NCBI RefSeq assembly: GCF_000018105.1
Contig: NC_009926.1
Location: 240,001-272,000 of the forward strand
From: Acaryochloris marina MBIC11017
GTDB lineage: Bacteria > Cyanobacteriota > Cyanobacteriia > Thermosynechococcales > Thermosynechococcaceae
Direction of reading: 5' to 3'
Length of the DNA: 32,000 bases
Part shown: piece by piece, positions 24,929 to 32,000 of the stretch
Layout of the letters: each line of letters begins with the position of its first letter
Position numbering within the stretch: position 1 is the stretch's first letter
The notes under the pieces: generated by a model
Told to the model about the DNA's origin: nothing
Seen by the model: only the letters and a program-made list of their open reading frames with translations
Database searches by the model: none
Program-made: the position numbers and the translations under genes

Positions 24929-26381
24929 TGCTGAGGTCAGGAACCTGCTTCATCTGAGGCGGCTCAAACTGTTTTTTCAGGCGATTGAGGGTAAGGCTGG
25001 ATGAGCGAAGCTGCTGCTGTAAGTACACTGCTACGGCCTGTTCTTTATCTTGAACCGCAGCAATATACAGGGCTTCCACGATGATCTTGGCAGCCTGCTC
25101 TAGGTCAAATTGGGCTTTGAGCTGTTCCCAGATTTGGCGGTATTCAGGATTGGGAAGTAGGTCTGATTGCCAGGTGCAATAGATAAAAGCACGAGGCTTC
25201 AATCGCATTGAACCAATAACATGGCGATAGTTGATGCAACGGTCGCGACGTTTGCCTTTGCCACTGACGCGCTTCCTCGGCAATTCCACCACCGGGTGTC
25301 GCTCCAGATAGCCGACAATCCGGTCATGGTATAGATGCAGTTCCAATTGACGACCAATCAGTCGAGAAGGGACGGTGTATAGAATGCAGCGAACATCGAT
25401 GGTGCTGCGTTTGCTGACTTTAGCCGTGAGCACTTCATAGTCAGGGGTTCGATATTTGGGCAGTGGTTGTAGATGGTCTTTCTCTTGCTCATACTTGGTT
25501 TGGCACTGCTGATTCAACTTGGCAACCTGTGCATCAATTAAGGCTTGATACTCAGCAACGCTCGTAAAATCTGCACTGCCGCGCAGATAGATCGCCTGCT
25601 TAATTCGGTTCTTCAGATGACCATGGGGAGATTCAATGGAGCCATTCTCATGGGCTACACCTTTGTTGTTACGAGTGGGTTCTAGCCGATAGTGGTCACA
25701 CAGTTCGTCGTACAGACGAGTGAGGTTTTTGGACCGGCGGCCGCCCATGTTGCGATAGGCTGCACTCAAACTATCAGTACGATGCTGTGTAGGAACACCT
25801 CCACAGGCTGCAAAGGCATTTTGCAATCCTTCTGAGAGGGCGACAAAGCTTTCGCCTCCTTCGATGATCTGGGCATATCGCCAGCCGCTGTATCCCAGAC
25901 GGTAATGGTAAATCAGGTGCTCAAAGGGTTTGCCGGCAATGGTAATCGTGATGCCCTTGAGTTCTGTAAAGTCGGAAAACCCTTGTACCCCGGGTTCATG
26001 ACGCAATTCAAACATCACTTCAGGGCTTGGTCCATGTAAGGCTTTCCACGTTCTCACCCGACGTTGTAGGGTCCGCAGGACTTGGGGATACTGGCCTGGA
26101 TACTTATCCTGCAGGTACTCATACAGGGTCATGGGTTTGAGGCGTGGGTCTCGACGCAGCATTGGTTCTAGCTCGTCTTCCCACACATCAGCTAAGGGGT
26201 CGGGAACGGTGCGTTGGTCCTGAAGGCGGCCGCGATTAGGTTGATGGGTGCCGGCCTCAATTCGTTGTCCGGTTCTTGTAGATATTTCGGCAATGTAAGC
26301 TGCTTCAGCTTGTTTCAAGCCGAGGTCTCTTCCGTTCATATAAACACGAGTATGATAGGAATCAATTCTTTTGTTAGGCAC
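24645..26381 (-). CDS. istA: IS21-family transposase IstA
   Basis: HTH N-terminus, then a DDE core region (GFSDFTEL..., HRTDSLSAAY, HENGSIESPHGHLK). The C-terminal ~90 aa overlap istB in another frame. Confidence 0.85.
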   Translation of the reverse strand: MPNKRIDSYHTRVYMNGRDLGLKQAEAAYIAEISTRTGQRIEAGTHQPNRGRLQDQRTVPDPLADVWEDELEPMLRRDPRLKPMTLYEYLQDKYPGQYPQVLRTLQRRVRTWKALHGPSPEVMFELRHEPGVQGFSDFTELKGITITIAGKPFEHLIYHYRLGYSGWRYAQIIEGGESFVALSEGLQNAFAACGGVPTQHRTDSLSAAYRNMGGRRSKNLTRLYDELCDHYRLEPTRNNKGVAHENGSIESPHGHLKNRIKQAIYLRGSADFTSVAEYQALIDAQVAKLNQQCQTKYEQEKDHLQPLPKYRTPDYEVLTAKVSKRSTIDVRCILYTVPSRLIGRQLELHLYHDRIVGYLERHPVVELPRKRVSGKGKRRDRCINYRHVIGSMRLKPRAFIYCTWQSDLLPNPEYRQIWEQLKAQFDLEQAAKIIVEALYIAAVQDKEQAVAVYLQQQLRSSSLTLNRLKKQFEPPQMKQVPDLSIEQHSLELYDKLLPSCSVPAEPLPAPEPLFKKAQALPHVDPLGIYRIPSHAGKLVLCGILTSLVRNGGPTKRTSSSKTCPHRSQAPKRKKFYQL

Positions 26382-26576
26382 TTGTACAGCCCTCTATTGA
26401 TTAGGGATGTAAAAAGTGTCTTTTTTCTTGAGATTGAATTCTAGAAACGCGATCTCACACATCATTTCTAGGGAATTGAGATCTAGTTTTATCCTTCTCA
26501 GGGGATGCCTGGTTTCTTCATAGCTATAGCCGACGTGACATCGTCATTAATCCGTCAGCTCGATTGTCGTCTAATA

Positions 26577-27135
26577 GATGGTATTCATCAATCGGTTTTC
26601 CCTAGCTGGGGCTCGGGATTTCGCCATGATGACGCTACTCTGGGAGGCGGGATTGCGACGGTCTGAGCTAGTGGGCTGTGATGTCCGTCATTTTGACTCG
26701 GAGCAAAAACGTTTGTCGATTTTAGGGAAAGGAAGGAATGAAAGGGAGTGGATTGATTTGACGGAAAGTGGGGTACGAGCCATATCAGAGTGGCTGGAAC
26801 TGCGAGAAGTTTATGGCCTCACGGAGCCGTTGTTTATCTCGTTGGATCGGGCGAATTGGGGGTCGCGGTTGTCGGGGACATCGGTGTATCGGATTGTCCG
26901 GGCTCTAGCAAAGAAGGCTGGGGTGAGCGAGAACTTTGGGCCTCATAAGATACGTCACAGCGGCACAACAACTTATTTGGAAATGACGGGTGGAGATTTG
27001 CGGGGGGCACAAGCCTATTCCCGACATGCCAATCTCAATACACTCAAGTTCTATGATGACAATCGCAAGCAGCTTCAGAAGAAGGCTTCTGCAAAATTGG
27101 CTGAGAAGATTACTTGGAATCAAACCTCAGATTAA
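26577..27135 (+). pseudogene. Tyrosine recombinase/integrase, C-terminal catalytic part
   Basis: RDFAMMTLLWEAGLRRSEL (Arg I), GKGRNER, HKIRHSGTT (HxxR), RHANLNTLKFY (catalytic Tyr). It rejoins the N-terminal part in frame when the IS and one GATGGT copy are removed. Confidence 0.8.
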
Positions 27136-27333
27136 TATTACTGCAACCAGTTTAGTTATGAAGATGCTAAGTCTATAGAAAAATCATCTGGCCTGAAATC
27201 CCTACACCAAGCTTGCTTTGAGAAGCAGTCCCTTGCTACTCAGTTCAATGATCCTGCAACTATTTCACCTAATCACTAGATTTCGAAAAGTCGAGCAATG
27301 CCTCACAGAGGACTTCGAGTTGTTCGAGAAAGA

Positions 27334-27359
27334 GGGCTGAGATAATCTCACCTGACTAC
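27334..27359 (+). repeat. Solo copy of the IS1-like right terminal repeat, abutting the element's left end (10-nt spacer)
   Basis: GGGCTGAGATAATCTCACCTGACTAC is identical to 28562-28587. Confidence 0.85.
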
Positions 27360-27369
27360 TGATGCTAGG

Positions 27370-28587
27370 GTAGTTAGGTGAGATAATCTCACCCCCCTAA
27401 TTTTTGGAGGCTATATAAACAGGTGTTCTGAGAATCTGAGCTTCGGTCCAAATGTGTTCAGTCAATCCAACTGCCATGGCAGGAGTTCTCTGTTGAAAGC
27501 GCTTGTTACCCTCAGGTACTTCAAGAGGAGAACGTAAACTGCGATGCTCTCTCACCCAGTTGTAGACTGTTGCACTCCACCAGGCAACGGCTTGACGAGT
27601 GTCACTGCGGTGAGCGAAAGCAAGTGAGCGTCTGACTTGATGAGCATTCATCCGTCGTGCAGTACCATTGAAACGCTCCACAGTTGAAGTATTGGGAGTG
27701 TTGTAACCCATTTTGTCTAATGCTTGATTGATGCGTTGCCAGCTCCCATGGGCTTTGCTCACCTCTACAGTTTTTAACTTTTGCCCCTGACGATGTTTGA
27801 TGATTTGGACGTGGGCAAGGGGTCGAGGAATCCGGTATTTTGAGTTGGGCGGGCGCCCCATGTTGCTCTGACGGGGGGGAGGTAGGATACCCCGAAGATG
27901 ATGGGGAACAGGGTACGATAACTCGCGTCTCCATCGGTCATCAGCACCAGGTCTCGGGGATGGGCCAGTCGTTTGTGAGTGGCTCGCATCAGCCTATCTA
28001 TTAGGTTTGTGTTACGGGGGCCAACTTCGACTTGGATGATGAATTTGCTCGCAGCATCAATGGCAACGGCATCCCAACATTGCTGCTGCTTGATTGCGAC
28101 GTATCCATGACGCTCATCCATCTCTAATACGTCGATGTCCAATTGCTGAGCTTCCTGCTCATGAAAGTCTTGGGCATGTTGACCAAATTTGAGGCTTAGA
28201 CGTTTCACTGTTGCTCGGTGAGTGTAGGTCAAGCGTGAAGTTCCTTTGATAGAGGTCCCTTCTGCAATTTGACGACCTACTTCTATTGCACGAGATTCAG
28301 GAATTTTTGTATTCCAAAAGGCAGTGTTCTTGCGTTCACTGAACGCTGCTCCACAGCAACGACAGCGTAGATACCGAATCTGATCTTGTCCATAGACTTT
28401 GCGCACGATTAAATTCTCAAGGCCCGCTTGACCATAGCTCTCACATTTTGAGTTCACGCAAGCTAGCACTGAGAGTAAAGGCCGTTTTCTCTCTTTCATG
28501 GGAGTATCTTGGCTAATGACTCCCTTCAGTAGAACCTTTTTCAGGCCTCTCTTAGCTAGAGGGGCTGAGATAATCTCACCTGACTAC
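27370..28587 (-). mobile_element. IS1-family-like insertion sequence (about 1.2 kb)
   Basis: 26-bp terminal inverted repeats: 27370-27395 GTAGTTAGGTGAGATAATCTCACCCC versus the reverse complement of 28562-28587, 23 of 26 matching. Family assignment is tentative. Confidence 0.7.
27397..28499 (-). pseudogene. IS1-like DDE transposase split at a 7-nt homopolymer
   Basis: N-terminal zinc-finger-like CVNSKC...RYLRCRCCGAAF. C-terminal NTSTVERFNGTARRMN...RRSLAFAHR...TPAMAVGLTEHIWT. The frames join across G7 at 27873-27879: ...SYLPP then RQSNMGRPPNSKY in the -1 frame. Confidence 0.75.
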
Positions 28588-28745
28588 CAAGTGGGTTTTC
28601 TTTGCATTTAGTCGTAAGCCATATTTCTCCAGCCGTCGCGGCAGTACCCGCATAAATCTAATGGCATCTTCTTCATGTTCAAACACAGCCGCAACATCGT
28701 CTGCGTATCGAATCATTGTGCCGCAACCAACCGCAGACAACTACC
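28588..28745 (-). pseudogene. Reverse transcriptase gene fragment (RT block 5-6 only), truncated by the IS1-like element
   Basis: The minus strand reads GTMIRYADDVAAVFEHEEDAIRFMRVLPRRLEKYGLRLNAKKTHL (YADD box). There is a stop codon just upstream and the IS end just downstream. Confidence 0.6.
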
Positions 28746-28788
28746 AACATCTGAAGGTGTACTCTATTGTTTTCAAAAAGTCGTTTGC

Positions 28789-29334
28789 TTAAGGCTCATA
28801 GTTCCATTCGGGTTTAGGCAGGTTTTTCACGATGTCGCGTAGACTGTAATCCGATAACTCCGTAAGTCGGCGAAACGCACGTCCAGATACATGACATTCG
28901 GCTCCCGGAAAACATCGGGCGCAGCGTTGATAGAGTCGTCGGACACTGGGGTTCTCAACAGATTGTCCAGTGATATACACACCGCCCTGCTGTTGAATTT
29001 GAAGGGTGATCTCTGTAATCAAACGGACTGCTATGCCTCGCCCTCGATGGGCAGGTTCAACAAACAAGTCAATAACCTGGCCACCTTTCATGCAGTAGTG
29101 CAAATCATAGGATGATATCCAAGCTGCAAACGCAACCAATTGATAATTTTCAGCTTCTGCAATCACCATTTGAAATTCAGCACCTAGACCATCTTGTTCT
29201 AACTTTTGGGGCGTTCCCCCCCAAGGGCGCTGAAACGTTTCTTGCATAAACGCCATCAGCAACTTTTGCAGATTGGGTGTGTCCTCTAGAGTGGCATTAC
29301 GAATGTGGTAGATCGTCGCGCTAGATACAGTCAT
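28789..29334 (-). CDS. GNAT-family N-acetyltransferase
   Basis: Acetyl-CoA motif A: LFVEPAHRGRGIAVRLI. 181 aa. Confidence 0.8.
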   Translation of the reverse strand: MTVSSATIYHIRNATLEDTPNLQKLLMAFMQETFQRPWGGTPQKLEQDGLGAEFQMVIAEAENYQLVAFAAWISSYDLHYCMKGGQVIDLFVEPAHRGRGIAVRLITEITLQIQQQGGVYITGQSVENPSVRRLYQRCARCFPGAECHVSGRAFRRLTELSDYSLRDIVKNLPKPEWNYEP

Positions 29335-29404
29335 GGTTATATTCTCAGCCCAATGATTTAAGTCTGATCAGTCATGGCCTAGCTTTCAAAGGAGATGCGC
29401 TATC

Positions 29405-30031
29405 GTGAAAGCATCGGTCTATTTTGCCGGAGGCATCGAGATGGTACGTCCCTACCTAACAGGCCTGAGTGCTTCGCTACTAATGGTGATGAGTCCACTG
29501 GTGAGTCAAGCATCGGAGCTGCCGATTGTAGAATCTGCTGCATTAGGGATTGGTAAAAATCCACCCTGGTCTGAGCCTGTTCAGGTTGAAGATCCCTTTG
29601 AAGGTCAATTTATCGCCGTTTTTGATCGGCATCGTTTTAGCGATCGCTTCTTAAATACCCATATGCGGATCGAAGTCCAAAGCCTATGGACTCAAGATTA
29701 TGTTCGCCTACTGTTCACAGCCAAGGATCGCGATTGCTATGGCCATCACGGCTTTTTATCATCATCCTATTGCAGTGAAGTAATCGACACCAAAAAAATC
29801 AGCAAATTGTTCCTCAAGATCGATGAGCAAATCTATCAAGTATCAGGCCAGCAAAACACCTTCCCCGTGAGTACAGAATTAGCCAATGCCCTTCGTAGTG
29901 CCCCGGAACAGGAGATACAAATTCGCTTGGTCACGGAAAGTGGGGCTTCGGTGGATAGCAAAATTGGTCAAAAAACCGTTAAGGCTTGGCAGAGCATCTA
30001 TACACCTACCGTCTCTCGCGGCTTAGACTGA
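29405..30031 (+). CDS. Secreted hypothetical protein
   Basis: Signal-peptide-like N-terminus (LSASLLMVMSPLVSQASE). The likely start is the ATG at 29441 (MVRPY...). No domain recognised. Confidence 0.55.
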   Translation: MKASVYFAGGIEMVRPYLTGLSASLLMVMSPLVSQASELPIVESAALGIGKNPPWSEPVQVEDPFEGQFIAVFDRHRFSDRFLNTHMRIEVQSLWTQDYVRLLFTAKDRDCYGHHGFLSSSYCSEVIDTKKISKLFLKIDEQIYQVSGQQNTFPVSTELANALRSAPEQEIQIRLVTESGASVDSKIGQKTVKAWQSIYTPTVSRGLD

Positions 30032-30036
30032 AAGGC

Positions 30037-30065
30037 ACATCAAAGACCCTCTCACTGTTTGATGT
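30037..30065 (+). terminator. Possible weak intrinsic terminator after the secreted-protein gene
   Basis: ACATCAAA-12 nt-TTTGATGT hairpin starting 6 nt after the stop codon. The stem is AT-rich and the T-tract is poor. Confidence 0.25.
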
Positions 30066-30436
30066 CATTGGTTTGAGATCAGGTCAATCCATTCGAAATT
30101 ACAAAGTAATACCTGCTGGCAATGAACCGTGGAACCAGCCCATATCTAAGGGAGCTAATTAAAAAGCTATTGAGAATAAATCTAAACTGTTAACTCAATA
30201 ATCGATTGGGGTTGCTTCACCCGTTTCTCGGGGAATCGAAGGGCTCCATTGAGCTGAATCCTAGTCATGGATTGATATTAATGCTATAAACATCGATATC
30301 GTCATAACAAAATACGGGAGTGAAATCGTCAAAGACCACTGCTAGACAATTGATTATTGAGAACGTATTCTGATTGTAGTTATCCATACACTCATTGCTT
30401 GATGATAATGACGACCAAGGATGAACTGGGCTACTG

Positions 30437-30886
30437 ATGTATTCGGCTAACACGCTTAAAGCTGAACTGAATGCGCTAGGTGGGCGGATCTCTTCGCAAC
30501 GTGAGATGATTCTGAATGCTTTCCAAGCTTTACCCGAGGGGCAACACATAAGTGCTGCGAAGCTACACCAATTACTCGTTAAACAAGACTATTCCATCGG
30601 TCTGCCGACGATTTATCGCAACCTTAAGCTGATGTCGCAGATGGGAGTATTGCGTGAGCTAGAGCTTCCCCCAGACCGAAAACTCTATGAGCTAAATCCA
30701 CCCTATCATCATCGTCATCACCACCTCATCTGTGTCAAGTGCAATCAGACCATTGAATTCAAAAATAGTTCGATCCTCAGAATAGGCAAACGTCAAGCCA
30801 AGGAAGCCGGATTTCACCTCCTAGATTGTCAGCTCACCATTCATGCACTTTGTCCAAGCTGTCAACGGTCAGTTACACAAAGTTGA
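30437..30886 (+). CDS. Fur-family metalloregulator (Fur/Zur/PerR-type; subtype not resolved)
   Basis: Winged-helix region (TIYRNLKLMSQMGVLREL), HHRHHHLICVKC metal site, and CPSC second cysteine pair. Confidence 0.85.
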   Translation: MYSANTLKAELNALGGRISSQREMILNAFQALPEGQHISAAKLHQLLVKQDYSIGLPTIYRNLKLMSQMGVLRELELPPDRKLYELNPPYHHRHHHLICVKCNQTIEFKNSSILRIGKRQAKEAGFHLLDCQLTIHALCPSCQRSVTQS

Positions 30887-31256
30887 TTAGACCAGTATGC
30901 GTTTAGAAGCTTGCCTTGCTTTTGTCAGATCTTCATCTTAGAAATAACACAACGAAACTTCCAATTTATTAACTCAGAATATCGAGTTTTCAGTTCTGCT
31001 GGCTTAGAACATTTTGCTAGTTCCAACGAATGAGTTGAATGGCACGGAAATTGTTTGAAGCGAGGAAAGGAAGTCATCACCATCATGAGAATTTTCCGAT
31101 GATCTAGGCTCATGTTTCTGTGATGGATTGTAATTAATAAGTCAGATGGATTAGAAGAATCTTAATTAAAAAGTGAATTAAAAATGAAAATCTGTTGATT
31201 ATAAAAATGAGATGATTATGAAAATACTGAATTATTATTAATACTATTTATTGATT

Positions 31257-31281
31257 TTTTGATGATCTTAATTCATCAAAA
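31257..31281. promoter_or_regulatory. Perfect 9-7-9 palindrome in an AT-rich promoter region upstream of the riboswitch
   Basis: TTTTGATGA-TCTTAAT-TCATCAAAA. A candidate -10 TACTAT lies at 31288-31293. Confidence 0.4.
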
Positions 31282-31299
31282 TAATGCTACTATCGTCCT

Positions 31300-31415
31300 G
31301 AACGAAGGGGAGTAGCTTTAGCCGCACAAGGCCCATCGTCTGAGTCAACATACTGGTGTTTAACCTGGTTCAGACGGCAATTTAGAATTTTCTAGCTTGC
31401 AAGCGAGACCTTCAT
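31300..31415 (+). ncRNA. yybP-ykoY (Mn2+) riboswitch
   Basis: Hallmark strings occur in the right order: GAAGGGGAGUAGC (31304-31316), GUCAACAUAC (31344-31353), GCAAGCGAGACCUUC (31399-31413). P1 pairs GAAGG with CCUUC. An internal helix pairs CGUCUGA with UCAGACG. A Mn-exporter-family gene lies downstream. Confidence 0.7.
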
Positions 31416-31499
31416 TAAGTCCACAACAAGAGTGGGCTTGATGGGGTCTTTGGAAATGCCTGTCATGCCTGCTCATGCAATACAGTACTGGAGCAGCAA

Positions 31500-32000
31500 A
31501 TGAACCTCTTGCCTGGATTTACAGCCGGATTGTTACTAATTACGCTTTCAGAATTGGGTGACAAAACTTTTTTTATAGGTGCCATTCTAGCGATGCGTCA
31601 TCCGCGTCGCTGGGTTTATGGGGGAGTAACCGTCGCTCTAGCTACAATGACGGCCTTGTCGGTCTGGATTGGGCAGGTAGCAACAGTCTTTCCTCAGCAG
31701 TATGTCAAAGGGGTAACGGTGGTCTTGTTTATCGGCTTTGGTCTCAAACTGCTCAACGATGCGATGCGAATGTCAGGTAATGAGGGGATGGTTCATGAGC
31801 AAGCTGATGCATTAGAGGCTGTCGAATGTCGAGAGAAGGGTGTTACCGCTTGGTCAGGCAGAGCGATATGGATGGAAGCTTTTACTTTGACTTTTATGGC
31901 GGAGTGGGGGGACCGGACCCAGGTCGCGACGATTACTCTAGCAACTGCTCAAAATCCCTATGGAGTTTTTCTAGGAGCTATTTTGGGTCATGCTATTTGT
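31500..32000 (+). CDS. UPF0016 (GDT1/TMEM165, Mnx/SynPAM71-type) putative Mn2+/cation exporter; 3' end outside window
   Basis: Not in the ORF track because no stop falls in the window. My translation from the ATG at 31500 reads MNLLPGFTAGLLLITLSELGDKTFFIGAILAM...FMAEWGDRTQVATITLA, showing both ExGD(K/R)(T/S) signature motifs. GGAG lies 6 nt upstream. Confidence 0.85.
   Translation, partial: MNLLPGFTAGLLLITLSELGDKTFFIGAILAMRHPRRWVYGGVTVALATMTALSVWIGQVATVFPQQYVKGVTVVLFIGFGLKLLNDAMRMSGNEGMVHEQADALEAVECREKGVTAWSGRAIWMEAFTLTFMAEWGDRTQVATITLATAQNPYGVFLGAILGHAIC

Larger units (their letters stand above)
23908..26576 (-). mobile_element. IS21-family insertion sequence (2669 bp) with 6-bp target duplication
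   Basis: GATGGT at 23902-23907 and 26577-26582. Ends are TATTGGATGTCAACC... and the reverse complement TATTAGACGACAATC..., with subterminal CGATGTC(G/A)CG repeats at both ends. Carries istA and istB. Confidence 0.8.

Noticed and set aside
27602-27934. 110-aa third-frame ORF within the IS1-like transposase overlap region
   Set aside because: The two other frames carry the recognisable transposase motifs and join at the G7 tract. This frame adds nothing and is Ser/Pro-rich off-frame translation.
30265-30549. 94-aa minus-strand ORF overlapping the Fur-family gene start, and the 62-aa ORF at 30925-31113 (-)
   Set aside because: Neither has a recognisable domain. The first overlaps a well-supported CDS and its promoter. 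The second lies in an AT-rich spacer. Neither is supported.
1-32000. Searched by eye for CRISPR arrays, tRNA/rRNA genes and tmRNA-like att sites next to the integrase
   Set aside because: I noticed no regularly spaced 25-40-bp repeats with unique spacers and no cloverleaf-like or rRNA-like sequence. Absence by eye is not proof; tRNAscan or CRISPR tools should confirm it.

Overview
Cyanobacterium-like DNA: I saw at least ten HIP1 octamers (GCGATCGC) by eye, almost all outside the mobile zone. The window has three parts. (1) nt 1-14367 is the 3' portion of an NRPS-centred biosynthetic gene cluster, all on the + strand. It holds the last NRPS module (A-T-terminal reductase), a SAM methyltransferase and an ISAzo13-like IS insertion. 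A tightly packed, translationally coupled operon follows: class-III aminotransferase, two orphan ORFs, stand-alone carrier protein, AcpS-type PPTase, benzoate-CoA-ligase-type aryl ligase, Irp9/MbtI-type salicylate synthase, a second AcpS-like protein with substituted metal-ligand residues, a sucrase/ferredoxin-like protein and an EntS-like MFS exporter. A Fur-box-like palindrome and a 2 x 21-bp tandem motif precede the operon, and the motif recurs 6.7 kb downstream. I read this as an iron-regulated, salicylate-primed peptide (siderophore-like) pathway using reductive release, transamination and methylation; the product is unknown. (2) nt ~14400-28790 is an AT-richer plasmid-like mobilome zone. 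It contains parA-parB with two copies of a 22-bp palindrome (putative parS), small repeats and a nuclease gene stump. It also contains a tnpA-only Tn3-family element whose transposase is split by a complete group II intron, a tyrosine recombinase split by an IS21 element with a 6-bp target duplication, an IS1-like element with an extra abutted terminal repeat, and an RT gene stump. (3) nt 28789-32000 holds a GNAT acetyltransferase, a secreted protein, a Fur-family regulator, and a yybP-ykoY (Mn2+) riboswitch leading a UPF0016/Mnx-type exporter gene that runs off the window. All calls come from motif recognition by eye; no database search or computation was possible.
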